Source: an uncultured delta proteobacterium (GTDB taxonomy: Bacteria; Myxococcota; Myxococcia; Myxococcales; Myxococcaceae). From it: DNA of 64,000 nucleotides. The position numbers and the translations under genes were made by a program. The DNA lies in contig CAVQKE010000006.1 in assembly GCA_963713045.1 (NCBI GenBank), positions 320,001 through 384,000 on the forward strand. Direction: 5' to 3'. This document shows, piece by piece, positions 38,214 through 48,309 of the stretch. Numbering within the stretch: the stretch's first letter is position 1; every line of letters starts with the position of its first letter. The notes beneath the pieces were generated by a model, which worked only from the letters and a program-made list of their open reading frames with translations, did no database searches and was not told where the DNA came from.

Positions 38214-38243
38214 TTGACGCGCCCTGCACGGGCGTTCAGAAAT
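38214..38243 (+). promoter_or_regulatory. Putative sigma70 promoter overlapped by a Myxococcus-type LexA box, upstream of lhr
   Basis: TTGACG at 38214-38219. CTGCACGGGCGTTCAGA at 38224-38240 matches the consensus CTRHAMRYBYGTTCAGS (as I recall it) at 15 of 17 positions. Confidence 0.55.
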
Positions 38244-38292
38244 GCGGGCCCCCCTGTACGGACCCGGGGACTTCGCTGACAGGTGGAATTGC

Positions 38293-41200
38293 ATGGGCGC
38301 CCCGCAGATGCCGCTTTTGTTTTCGCGAAGCCCGGCCGCTGCCGCTGACGGACTGGCCCCCTTCCACCCCCTCGTCCAGCGGTGGTTTTCCACTCGGCTG
38401 GGCAGCCCCTCCGCGCCTCAGCAGCGGGGCTGGCCGCCCATTTTGGAGGGCCGGGACGTCCTTCTCGCCGCCCCCACCGGGTCCGGCAAGACGCTGGCGG
38501 CCTTCCTGGTCGCCTTGGACAGACTGTTTCGCCTCGCCCTCACCGCCGAGTTGGGAGAGCACACCCACGTCCTCTACGTCTCTCCGCTGAAAGCCCTCGG
38601 CAATGACGTCCAGAAAAACCTGCTGCAGCCGCTGGAGGAACTGTACGCCTTGGCGGCGGCCGAAGGCCTCTGCCCGGAGGGCATACGCGTCCAGGTGCGC
38701 ACCGGGGACACGCCCGCCGCGGAGCGCGCCCAAATGCTGCGCCGCCCTCCGCACATTCTGATTACGACGCCTGAGTCGCTGTACCTGCTCCTCACTGCGC
38801 CACGCGCCCGGGCCACGCTGGCCCGGGTGGACACCGTCATTGTGGATGAAATTCATGCCCTGGCCCGGGACAAGCGCGGCAGCCACTTCTCTCTGTCCCT
38901 CGAAAGGTTGAAGCACCTCACCGGAGCGCGCCCCCAACTCATCGGCCTGTCGGCCACGGTGCGCCCGTTGGAAGACTTCGCGGCCTTCCTCACCGGCGGG
39001 CGGGCCGATGCCTGCGCAGTGGTGGAGGTGGGGCATCTGCGCACGTGGCAGCTGTCACTGGAGACGCCCGAGGAGGAACTCTCCGCGGTGGCCACCCATG
39101 AGATGTGGGGCCAGGTTTATGACCGGCTGGTGCAGCTTGTTTCAGAAAACCGCACCACCCTCATCTTCACCAACACCCGGAAGCTGGCCGAGCGCGTGGC
39201 GCACGACTTGGGGCTCCGCATTGGCGCTGCCCTGGTCTCGGCCCACCACGGCAGCATGGCGCGGGAATTGCGGCTGGCTGCCGAACAAAAGCTGAAGTCC
39301 GGCCAACTGAAGGCCATGGTGGCCACCGCTTCGTTGGAACTGGGCATCGACATTGGTTCAGTGGACGTCGTCGTCCAGCTGGCCAGTCCGCGCGCCTTGG
39401 GGACGTTTCTTCAGCGGGTGGGCCGCGCCGGCCACCATTTGGCCGGCGTCAGTAAGGGCCTTCTGCTGGCCCTCACCCGGGACGAATTGGTGGAGTCCGC
39501 GGCGCTGGTGCGCGCCGTCCAGGAAGGGAAGCTGGACGCGGTGGCCATTCCCCAGGCGCCGCTGGACGTGCTGGCGCAGCAGCTGGTGGCCGCCTGCAGC
39601 GTCGAGAGTTGGGATGAGCGCGCGCTGTATGCCCTGGTGCGGCGCGCCTGGCCCTACCGCAACCTCCCTTGGGAGGCCTACCAGGACGTGGTGCGCATGC
39701 TGGCCGAGGGCGTGGCCCCGCGCGGCCCAAACCGGGCGCTGCTGCACCGGGACCGGGTGCACCAGCAGCTGAAGGCGCGCCGCGGGGCGCGCCTCACGGC
39801 CGTCTTCAATGCCGGGGCCATTCCGGACACGTTTACCTACCCGGTGGTGGCCGAGCCCGAAGGCCGCCAGGTGGGCACGCTGGACGAGGACTACGCCGTC
39901 GAGTCCATGGCCGGAGACATTTTTCTCCTCGGCAGCACGTCCTGGCGCATTCAAAGCATTCGCGGCGGGACGGTGCGGGTGGAGGACGCCCACGGGGCGC
40001 CCCCGTCCGTCCCCTTCTGGCGCGGAGAGGCGCCGGGGCGCACCGATGAGCTTTCGGTCGAAGTGGGACGTCTGCGCCAGGAGGCGGTGGCTTCCGCGGA
40101 CGTCGAGTCGCTGCGGGCAGCCTGTGCCCTGACCGAATCGGGGGTGGACAGCCTGTTGCGTTACCTCCGCGCGGCCGAGGGCATTTTGGGGGCGCTGCCC
40201 ACCACCGACACCATCGTCGCCGAGCGCTTCTTTGACGAAGCCGGCGGAATGCAGCTGTGCCTGCACGCGCCCTTTGGCAGCCGCATCAACCGCGCCTGGG
40301 GCCTCGCACTGCGCAAGCGCTTCTGCCGGACGTTTGACTTCGAGTTGCAGGCCGCCGCCACCGACGACGGCATTCTCCTCTCGCTCGGCGAGCAGCACAG
40401 CTTCCCGCTTCAGGACATTTTTGAATTTCTCCACCCGGACACGGTGGAGGCGGTGCTGGTGCAGGCGGTGCTGCAGAGCCCCCTCTTCGGCACCCGCTTC
40501 CGCTGGAATGCCACCCGGGCGCTGGCGCTTCAGCGCTTCCAAAATGGCCAGCGGGTGCCTCCGCAAATTCAGCGCGCCCGCAGCGACAGCTTGCTGGCAG
40601 CCGTCTTCCCAGCCCAAACCGGCTGTCAGGACAACCACGGCGGCGGCGACGTGGAACTTCCCGACCATCCCCTCATCCAGCAGACGGTGCAGGACTGCCT
40701 CCGGGAGGCCCTCGACGTGGACGGCCTGAAGGCGGTCCTGCAGCGCCTCCGCGCCGGCACCCTCCGCACCGTCGCCGTGGACTTGCCAGAGCCATCTCCA
40801 CTGGCGCATGCCCTCCTCAACAGCCAGCCGTACACCTTCCTCGACGACGCGCCGCTGGAGGAGCGCCGGGCGCGCGCGGTGCAAGTGCGCCGCTCGCTTC
40901 CGGCCGAAGACGCCAGGGCCATGGGGGCGTTGGACGCCGACGCCATTGTTTCCGTCGTCACCGACGCCCGGCCCCTGGTGCGCGACGCGGATGAATTGCA
41001 CGAAGTGCTGGTGCAAGGCGTGCTGGTGCCGGAGGAGGGGCTGGACAGCGTCTTCCTCGCCACGCTTCTGGCCAGTGGCCGCGCCGCACGCCTGTCGGCA
41101 GGCGAGCGCCACTTCGTCGTCGCCGCAGAGCGCGTGGCCCACGCCCAGGCCCTTTTTCCAAGCGGCACCCTGACCCCGCCGCTGCAGCCCCTGCCGGAAG

Positions 41201-42582
41201 ACGGCCCGGTGCAAGCCGAAGCGGCGGTCCTGGCCTGCGTGCGTGGGCGGATGGAAGTGGCGGGCCCGGTGACGGCCACCGGACTGGCCCTGGCGCTTGC
41301 CCTTCCGCCCGAAGACGTCAGCCTGGCGCTGCACGCGCTGGAAGCAGAAGGCACACTGCTGCGAGGCCATTTCCGCCCCAGTCAGCCTGTGGATGCGGAA
41401 CTCGAATGGTGTGACCGAATTCTGTTGCAGCGCATTCACCGCCTCACCGTGGGGCGGCTGCGGCGGGAGATTGAGCCGCTTTCCGCCAGCGACTTCATGC
41501 GCTTCCTCTTCCGTTGGCACCGGCTGCTGCCGGGGGAGGCCCTGCGGGGCCAAGTCGGCCTTCTCAAGGCTGTTGCCCTGTTGGAAGGCGTGGAGGCCCC
41601 GGCGGCTGCGTGGGAGCAAGCGCTGCTGCCGGCCCGGGTGCAGGGGGACGTCGGTCTGCTTCTGGAACAGGCCTGCTGGCGCGGAGAAGTCGCCTGGGGC
41701 CGTCTGTGTCTGCGCGAGGCCAAGGCGGTGGGCCCCCGCCGGGGGGCGGAGGTGGAAGTGCCACTGCGCCGGGTCCCGTCCTTAACCCGCGTCGCCACCC
41801 TGTCGTTTTTCCGTCGGGCCCGCATGGACGCGCTGTTGGCTGCCGCGCGGCCCGACTTGTCCACGGACGGCGAACCCTGGTTGCCGGAAGACTTGGAAGG
41901 CGCCGCCCTGGACGTGGGCCGCGCCCTCATCCGCCGCGGTGCGTGCTTCTTTGCGGACTTGTTGGCCACCACCCGGCGCTCTCCGGAGGAAGTGGAGGAC
42001 GCGCTGTGGCAGCTGTTGGCGCGCGGCGTGGTGACGGCGGACGCGGTGGAGAATTTGCGCGTCCTGCAAAGCCCCAAGCGCCGGCGGCAGCAGAAGGCCG
42101 AAAAGCGTGGGGGGCCCGGGCGGTGGACGCTGCTGCTTTGCACCCAGGTGCCGCCGGCCGAGGAGAGGCACCGGGCGCTGGCGGAACTTTTCCTTCAACG
42201 CTGGGGCATTGTGTTTCGGGACTTGGTGGCCCGCGAGGCGCTGGCCCCGCCCTGGCGGGTGCTGGCTTCCCTCTACCGGCGCATGGAAGCGCGCGGAGAA
42301 GTCCGGGGCGGCCGCTTCGTCGCTGGCGTCAGCGGCGAGCAATTCGCCTTGCCACAAGCGGTGGACGGCGCGCGCGCCGTGCGCCGCGCCTCCTCGCGAG
42401 GGACGGAGCGGGTGGAAGTTTCCGCGGTGGACCCGCTCAACCTCACCGGCATTGTGACGCCGGGGCCCCGCATCCCGGCCACCTTGGGCGAGCGGGTGGT
42501 GTACGTCGACGGCGTTCCCTTGGCGTTGTCGGCGGAAGTAGGCCCATCCACGCCAGCGGCCTCTGAGGTGCGCACCGGCTGA
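38293..42582 (+). CDS. lhr: Long-form Lhr ATP-dependent helicase
   Basis: APTGSGKT, SPLKAL, TTPESL, DEIH, SAT, HHGS, SLELGID and QRVGRAGH; extended C-terminal region with RGGRFV..GEQF and AVDPLNL. Confidence 0.9.
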   Translation: MGAPQMPLLFSRSPAAAADGLAPFHPLVQRWFSTRLGSPSAPQQRGWPPILEGRDVLLAAPTGSGKTLAAFLVALDRLFRLALTAELGEHTHVLYVSPLKALGNDVQKNLLQPLEELYALAAAEGLCPEGIRVQVRTGDTPAAERAQMLRRPPHILITTPESLYLLLTAPRARATLARVDTVIVDEIHALARDKRGSHFSLSLERLKHLTGARPQLIGLSATVRPLEDFAAFLTGGRADACAVVEVGHLRTWQLSLETPEEELSAVATHEMWGQVYDRLVQLVSENRTTLIFTNTRKLAERVAHDLGLRIGAALVSAHHGSMARELRLAAEQKLKSGQLKAMVATASLELGIDIGSVDVVVQLASPRALGTFLQRVGRAGHHLAGVSKGLLLALTRDELVESAALVRAVQEGKLDAVAIPQAPLDVLAQQLVAACSVESWDERALYALVRRAWPYRNLPWEAYQDVVRMLAEGVAPRGPNRALLHRDRVHQQLKARRGARLTAVFNAGAIPDTFTYPVVAEPEGRQVGTLDEDYAVESMAGDIFLLGSTSWRIQSIRGGTVRVEDAHGAPPSVPFWRGEAPGRTDELSVEVGRLRQEAVASADVESLRAACALTESGVDSLLRYLRAAEGILGALPTTDTIVAERFFDEAGGMQLCLHAPFGSRINRAWGLALRKRFCRTFDFELQAAATDDGILLSLGEQHSFPLQDIFEFLHPDTVEAVLVQAVLQSPLFGTRFRWNATRALALQRFQNGQRVPPQIQRARSDSLLAAVFPAQTGCQDNHGGGDVELPDHPLIQQTVQDCLREALDVDGLKAVLQRLRAGTLRTVAVDLPEPSPLAHALLNSQPYTFLDDAPLEERRARAVQVRRSLPAEDARAMGALDADAIVSVVTDARPLVRDADELHEVLVQGVLVPEEGLDSVFLATLLASGRAARLSAGERHFVVAAERVAHAQALFPSGTLTPPLQPLPEDGPVQAEAAVLACVRGRMEVAGPVTATGLALALALPPEDVSLALHALEAEGTLLRGHFRPSQPVDAELEWCDRILLQRIHRLTVGRLRREIEPLSASDFMRFLFRWHRLLPGEALRGQVGLLKAVALLEGVEAPAAAWEQALLPARVQGDVGLLLEQACWRGEVAWGRLCLREAKAVGPRRGAEVEVPLRRVPSLTRVATLSFFRRARMDALLAAARPDLSTDGEPWLPEDLEGAALDVGRALIRRGACFFADLLATTRRSPEEVEDALWQLLARGVVTADAVENLRVLQSPKRRRQQKAEKRGGPGRWTLLLCTQVPPAEERHRALAELFLQRWGIVFRDLVAREALAPPWRVLASLYRRMEARGEVRGGRFVAGVSGEQFALPQAVDGARAVRRASSRGTERVEVSAVDPLNLTGIVTPGPRIPATLGERVVYVDGVPLALSAEVGPSTPAASEVRTG

Positions 42583-42647
42583 GGCCCCGAAGCCCCAGTG
42601 GCGCGGAGTATTCTCCAGGGGGGCCGTCCCTCCCCACCCTAGAGAGA

Positions 42648-43946
42648 ATGCACCCACTCCCTCGTCTTGCCCTCGGCCTTCTGCTTCTGGCTGGCCCCGA
42701 GGCCTTTGCCGTCAACCACGTCGCCTATTATGGCGGTCCCGTCGTCTCCAACCCCAGTGTGGTGGCCGTCTCCTGGGGGCCCAACGTGGACGTCAACGTC
42801 GCCAACGGCATGCCGTCCTTCTACGCCTCCATTCTGCAAAGCCCCTACCTCGACTGGTTGAGTGAATATTCGACGGTGGGGTTGACAGGCCTCCTCAACC
42901 CCGACGCCGGCACCAACCAGCGCATTGGCCGAGGCAAATTTTTCGGCAGCTACACCATTACCCCCAGTAACCCGAGCGTCTTTCTCTCCAACACCGACGT
43001 CCTGACAGAATTGCAGTCGCAAATTGCGGCCGGCAATTTGCCGCCGCCGCAGCTGGACGCCGAAGGCCTCGCCAACACCGTGTACATGGTGAATTTCCCA
43101 CCCGGCATCAGCCTGACGGCCCCCGCCGGCCAAAGCTGCACCTTCCCCGGTGGTTTCTGCGGGACTTCGGACACCCTCAGCGTTGGAAGCCAAACCGCGG
43201 GCGTCGGCCTCATTCCGGACCAGAGTGACGCCGGAAGCTGCTTCGGCCAGTGCGGCGGCGACAGCGACTACTTCAACGACGCCACCGAAGTGCATTCGCA
43301 CGTGCTGCTGAACCTCGTCACCAACGTCGGCGACGGGTTGTGGAAGCAGGGCGGCAACGCGTTGGTTGGCCCCCCGCTGGCCTGGTACAGCGTCGGCGGC
43401 GCCGAAAACCAAGTTGCGGACCTCTGCAACTTCCAGCCGGCCGTCGTTTCAGGCTTCGTCGTCGAGGAAGGCTGGTCCAACCTCCAGGGGGCGTGCGTCT
43501 CTCAGCCGGCCAACCCCCTCCCGGTATGCACCGCCGGCGCCACCTACTGCCAACAGTGCAGCACCACCGATGTCGGCCAGGACGGGGGCTGCACCGGGAC
43601 GACGTCCTTTTGCGAGACGGACAACAGCAACGCTTCCTTCGGCCAGTGCGTCGGCTGCACCGTCAGCCAGGGCTGCTCCGGAACCGCGCCCGTCTGTACC
43701 CAGGGCGGCACCGGGAATGACACCTGCCGCGGCTGCAATGGGGACGCCGAGTGCACCACCAACGCCGCGGGCCCGTATTGCCAAACCTCAGGGGCATGCG
43801 GCCCGCAGCCGGCCTCTGCCCCTGGAAAGTCCGGCGGCTGCTCCAGTCCTGGCGGTTCGGTATCCCTGGTGGCCTTATTGGCGGCGTGGGGGCCGCTGGT
43901 GCGACGGCGGCGGTTGGCGTCCGTCCGCCGAAGCCGGAAGGACTGA
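42648..43946 (+). CDS. Surface protein: Phi-1/EXORDIUM-like domain, Cys-rich repeats and MYXO-CTERM-type tail
   Basis: Signal peptide, YYGGPV motif, Cys-rich C-terminal repeats, and tail GGCSS + hydrophobic stretch + RRRR. Confidence 0.7.
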   Translation: MHPLPRLALGLLLLAGPEAFAVNHVAYYGGPVVSNPSVVAVSWGPNVDVNVANGMPSFYASILQSPYLDWLSEYSTVGLTGLLNPDAGTNQRIGRGKFFGSYTITPSNPSVFLSNTDVLTELQSQIAAGNLPPPQLDAEGLANTVYMVNFPPGISLTAPAGQSCTFPGGFCGTSDTLSVGSQTAGVGLIPDQSDAGSCFGQCGGDSDYFNDATEVHSHVLLNLVTNVGDGLWKQGGNALVGPPLAWYSVGGAENQVADLCNFQPAVVSGFVVEEGWSNLQGACVSQPANPLPVCTAGATYCQQCSTTDVGQDGGCTGTTSFCETDNSNASFGQCVGCTVSQGCSGTAPVCTQGGTGNDTCRGCNGDAECTTNAAGPYCQTSGACGPQPASAPGKSGGCSSPGGSVSLVALLAAWGPLVRRRRLASVRRSRKD

Positions 43947-44101
43947 AGCGCGGTGCGGCGCCAAATTCGCAGGAAGCGGTCGGGCTTCTTCCCGCGCCTT
44001 GGGGAACGAAATGGACGTCGGGCGTGTTTGCACCCGCAAGCGGTTGCCCCACAGGGTGGACTGCCCACCCTTCCAAGGGGTTAGGTAGGAGGACGCCGGC
44101 G

Positions 44102-45673
44102 GTGGACGCGTTTCGCTGGGTGCTTGCGGTCGGGCTTCTTCTTCCAGGCCTCGGACTGGGGCAGGGCGCTGCGGCCAAGCCTCCGCTCCCCCCTCCGCCC
44201 GCCACGCCAGCTCCGCCCCCCGTCAAAGGCGCCTCCTACTGCCCGGGCGAATACGCCGATGACTTCTCGGCGCTTCTCCCCAAGGCCCGGGAACTCGAGC
44301 AGCAGGTCGGCGCTTACACCTTCTGCATCCGCACCAGCGCCACCTATGAATGCCCTTCCTACGGCCCAGACGGCAACCTGCGGCGCAAGAAGGTACGCGT
44401 TTCCGCGCACGGCACCGGCTTCGCCTACCGGCAGCAGGGAGGCGAGACGCTGCTTCTCACCAACCAGCACGTCGCGGAGTGGCCAGCGGTGACGGATGAC
44501 GACCACCCCGTCGACGACGTCCCCACCGGGTGCAAGCGCGTCACCGACTCCCTCAAAATTGTCGATGATACGACCGACAGCTACGAGGCCGATGACCTCC
44601 CACTGACCCGCGTGGTGGTGGACCCCGCGCTGGACGTTGCCGTCCTCAAGGCGAAGGCGCTGCTGCCGGTGCTGCCGTGGAAACTGGGGCGCAGTGCAGA
44701 GTTGAAGGAGCGCAACGTCGTCGACGTGCGTGGCTTTCCGTTGGGCGTCTTCAAAGCCACCAACGTGGGGAAAGTCACCTCGGCCTACGCCCACGACAGC
44801 TACAAGGACTGGGACCACGATGACTTCGTCATCGACGCGCTTTTGTCCCCCGGAAACTCCGGCTCGCCGGTGTTCGCCATCTCGTGCAAGACGGGGGAAT
44901 TTGAGCTGGTCGGCCTCTACCACGCTGGCTACACCCGCGGCAGCGCGCTCAACGTCGTCATCGGCATCGACCAAGTGCGCGACTTAATGACGACGTTGAA
45001 GCGCACCGTCCGCCCGCGGGCCGACGCCGGCCTCACCCTGGACGCCGCCGCCCGGGCGCGGCTGGTGGAGGCCAGCCGGCTGTCGCTCGAGCCGTACTTT
45101 CCCGTTGGGCCGATGGCCGCCGCGGTGCGGGTGCGGGGAGACGGCGCCCTTTTGTATGAATTGCTCAACCGCGACTTTCCCTTCCGGGCCTACCCAGTCC
45201 TGGTGCTGGAGGACTTGCCGCCAGCCGACGCCGAGACGTTTGGCCTTCCGGGGCGCGTCTGGTTTGGCAACCGTCAGGGGCTGAAGGCCTATGCCCGCGC
45301 GGACCTCGACGCGGACACCCAAGCCCAGCTGGCCAAGCTGCTGGAAGCGGTGCGGCGGGACAGCATTGCCGCCCTCGCCGTCCGCGCGGCAGACCACGAC
45401 GCAGCCAGTAGCCGCGAGAAGTACCAAGGAAGCGAGCGGCTGGAGAAGGTGCTGCAGCGCGCGAGTGCGGCTTCAACCGACGCCGCCCAGGCCGCGGCGG
45501 AACTGGCGGAGCGGCTGGGGCCTGGGCCGGGCGAAGTGTCGGTGGACCTCACCGCGGCGCTGGTGCCGCCGCCTGCGCCGAAGGCGGCCGAGCCGGTGGC
45601 GGCCAGTCAAGCCCCGCCGCCCGCCCTTCCTACTGACAGCGGCTCGCCACCTCCGACCCAAGCCCAGAAGTAG
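44102..45673 (+). CDS. Secreted trypsin-like serine protease
   Basis: GTGF, TNQHV (His), LDVAV (Asp) and GNSGSP (Ser); signal peptide; AGGAGG RBS. Confidence 0.85.
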   Translation: MDAFRWVLAVGLLLPGLGLGQGAAAKPPLPPPPATPAPPPVKGASYCPGEYADDFSALLPKARELEQQVGAYTFCIRTSATYECPSYGPDGNLRRKKVRVSAHGTGFAYRQQGGETLLLTNQHVAEWPAVTDDDHPVDDVPTGCKRVTDSLKIVDDTTDSYEADDLPLTRVVVDPALDVAVLKAKALLPVLPWKLGRSAELKERNVVDVRGFPLGVFKATNVGKVTSAYAHDSYKDWDHDDFVIDALLSPGNSGSPVFAISCKTGEFELVGLYHAGYTRGSALNVVIGIDQVRDLMTTLKRTVRPRADAGLTLDAAARARLVEASRLSLEPYFPVGPMAAAVRVRGDGALLYELLNRDFPFRAYPVLVLEDLPPADAETFGLPGRVWFGNRQGLKAYARADLDADTQAQLAKLLEAVRRDSIAALAVRAADHDAASSREKYQGSERLEKVLQRASAASTDAAQAAAELAERLGPGPGEVSVDLTAALVPPPAPKAAEPVAASQAPPPALPTDSGSPPPTQAQK

Positions 45674-45943
45674 AAACGACGAAGGGGCCGCGTCCCCGTG
45701 ACAGTCGCCGCTGGAGGCTGGACACGCCGCGGACCCTTGCTGCCCTTGAAGGCCAGGGAGGTCGTGGCCTGGCAGTAGAAGCGCTCGCCCCGCCCAAACG
45801 GGGCGGTGAACGCTCGCCCGGCCGCCCAAGCGGCACGGGCCCGCGCAAAGACAAACCCATCCAGCTGTGCCGTCCGGACGGGCTAACCTCTCCCACCCAG
45901 GAGGTGGGGCGTTTTGGGCTGGGGCGAGGCAGGCAAACGGGAC

Positions 45944-47545
45944 GTGCGGAAGCATAGGGCTGCCGCCATCAGCGGGGGGCTGTTGTGCGCCGTCGTCCTG
46001 GTGGGCCAGGGCGCGCTGGCCCAAGGCCGAGAGCCGGGGAAGGCTGTCAGGCTGCCCCCAGCAGCCGCCACCTATGACGGCGAAACCATCCTGACCTTCG
46101 AAGTTCGCGTCTTCGGCTATTCGCCCGGGCAGCGCGCGGCGGACGTGACGCGCCGTCTGGCTCGGGCGGTCGGCTCGCCGCTGTTCCGCGTGGAAGACGT
46201 CCATGTCGAGGACCACGACAGCTTGACGCTGGTGACCTGGCGAGACGAGCTTCTCTTCGCGCTGAGCGACGAAGACGGCGCGGCAGCGCATACCACCCGC
46301 CAGCAGCTGGCCGCCCAGGCAGTCACCAGACTTGGCCAGGCGGTGGAGGACTCGGCAACAGCGCGGACGCCGAAGAGCCTTCTCGTCGACTCGGCCTATG
46401 CCCTGGGCGCCACGCTGCTGCTGGTGCTGGCCATCCTCGCGGTCAACTGGGGCGTCCGACGGGCCCGTGCGCGGCTCGAGGCGTGGTTTCGGCTGGCCGG
46501 ACGCAAGCTGCACAGCTTCACCACGGTGCAGCGGCTGGCAGCGGCGGCGGTGGCGCTGCTCGGCGTCCTGCGCATCGCGGTCATCCTTGTCCTTTTCTAT
46601 TTCTACATTCCGGCCGTCTTCCACCTCTTCCCATGGACGCGGAGTTGGGGCGCGACGCTGCTGACTTGGGCCATCGACCCTGTCCTCAGCGTCGGCAGGG
46701 CGCTGGTGGGCTACCTTCCCAACGTCTTCATCATCGCCGTCGTCTTCCTGGTGGCGCGGCTGCTGCTGGGGCTTCTGCGGGCGGCCTTCGAGGAGGTGGG
46801 GGCGGGGCGCCTTGTGGTCTCCGGCTTCTACCCGGAGTGGGCGGAGCCCACCTACCAGCTGGTGCGGGCGCTGGTTGTCGTCATCACCACCGTCATTGTC
46901 TTCCCCTACCTCCCCGGCGCGCACTCCCCGGCCTTCCAGGGCATTTCCATCTTCCTTGGAGCGCTGCTGACGTTTGGCAGTAGCTCGGCCATCTCCAACC
47001 TCTTTGGCGGCGTCATCCTCACCTACACCCGGGCCTTTCAGGTGGGTGACCGGGTGCGGGTGGGGGACAGCTATGGGGACGTCATGGAGAAGTCGCTGCT
47101 GGTCACCCGCGTGCGCACCATCAAGAACGAGGAGGTGGCCATCCCCAACGCCGTCGTCCTGGCGTCGCACATTGTCAACTACACCGCCGCCGCGCGGGGG
47201 AAGGGCCTTCTGCTGCACACCACCGTCACCATCGGCTACGACTCCCCATGGCGAAAAGTCCACGCCCTTCTGTTGTCCGCGGCGCACGCCACGCCGCGCA
47301 TTCTGGCTGAGCCCGCGCCCTTCGTCTGGCAGAAAAGTTTGGATGACTTCTTCGTCACCTATGAGTTGAACGCCGCCACCAACCATCCGGACGTGCTGGA
47401 CGACACCTACGCCGAACTGCACAAGTCCATTCGCGACGCCTTTGACGAGGCGGGGGTGGAAATCCTCTCCCCCCACTACACCTCGCTGCGCGATGGGAGC
47501 CGCTCCACCATCGTCCCGCAGGACAAGCGCGGCACGAAGGGCTGA
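45944..47545 (+). CDS. MscS family mechanosensitive channel with N-terminal periplasmic domain
   Basis: N.FGG, FQVGDRV, IPN and IGYD motifs; multiple TM helices. Confidence 0.88.
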   Translation: MRKHRAAAISGGLLCAVVLVGQGALAQGREPGKAVRLPPAAATYDGETILTFEVRVFGYSPGQRAADVTRRLARAVGSPLFRVEDVHVEDHDSLTLVTWRDELLFALSDEDGAAAHTTRQQLAAQAVTRLGQAVEDSATARTPKSLLVDSAYALGATLLLVLAILAVNWGVRRARARLEAWFRLAGRKLHSFTTVQRLAAAAVALLGVLRIAVILVLFYFYIPAVFHLFPWTRSWGATLLTWAIDPVLSVGRALVGYLPNVFIIAVVFLVARLLLGLLRAAFEEVGAGRLVVSGFYPEWAEPTYQLVRALVVVITTVIVFPYLPGAHSPAFQGISIFLGALLTFGSSSAISNLFGGVILTYTRAFQVGDRVRVGDSYGDVMEKSLLVTRVRTIKNEEVAIPNAVVLASHIVNYTAAARGKGLLLHTTVTIGYDSPWRKVHALLLSAAHATPRILAEPAPFVWQKSLDDFFVTYELNAATNHPDVLDDTYAELHKSIRDAFDEAGVEILSPHYTSLRDGSRSTIVPQDKRGTKG

Positions 47546-47570
47546 GGCCGCTGGCTTCTGCCTTCCCCGG

Positions 47571-48149
47571 TTAGCCGGTGTAACTGGAACGCAACAGGAA
47601 GTAGATGGCCACGCCTGTCACGCTGACGTACATCCAAATCGGCCACAGGACGCGCGTCACCCGGCGGTGGCGGAGAAACTGCCGGCGGTAGGCAAACCAA
47701 AAGGCGGTCAGGGCAAGCGGCACCACCGTGGCCGACAGCACCACGTGGGAGGCGAGAACACTCAAATACACGGTGCGCAAAAGCCCCGACCCGGCGTACC
47801 GCGTGTCCCCATGCAGCGCGTGGTAAACCAAGTAGCTGACCAGGAAGACGGATGAGGCGGCGAAGGCGGCCACCATGAAGAAGCGGTGGACGCGCCACTT
47901 GCGGCGGCGGATGGCAATGTAGCCCAGTAGCAGCAGCGTCGCCGAAAGCGCGTTGAGAGTGGCATTCACCCCCGGCAGGAAGGAGACGTCTACCCCGCCG
48001 TTGACGGCCCCGTGACGCAGCACGAGGAGGTAGGCCAGCAGCGTCAGCGCCGCGACGGACACCACCGCGTTGAAGAGGAAGAAACGCCGGTCGGCGGAGG
48101 CGTCCGGCGTCCCAGGGGCGGGTAGCTGCGAGGCGGTGGGAAGAGGCAT
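47571..48149 (-). CDS. DUF420 family membrane protein
   Basis: LPGVNATLN, HRFFM, FLVSYLVYH and WMYVSVTGV motifs. Confidence 0.85.
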   Translation of the reverse strand: MPLPTASQLPAPGTPDASADRRFFLFNAVVSVAALTLLAYLLVLRHGAVNGGVDVSFLPGVNATLNALSATLLLLGYIAIRRRKWRVHRFFMVAAFAASSVFLVSYLVYHALHGDTRYAGSGLLRTVYLSVLASHVVLSATVVPLALTAFWFAYRRQFLRHRRVTRVLWPIWMYVSVTGVAIYFLLRSSYTG

Positions 48150-48309
48150 CCGGCCCCCTTCCCTACCAGTCGGTGCAGCTGGACGCTACGGACCCCAATT
48201 GCCGCCTACCGCTGGCCCCTTGACGGGACAGGGTGCCTCCTCTGAATCCGCCGGGTTTCTGCTAGGCACTTCCCCAAGGGCACGCGCGCCCTTTTCTTAG
48301 GAGTCGCCC

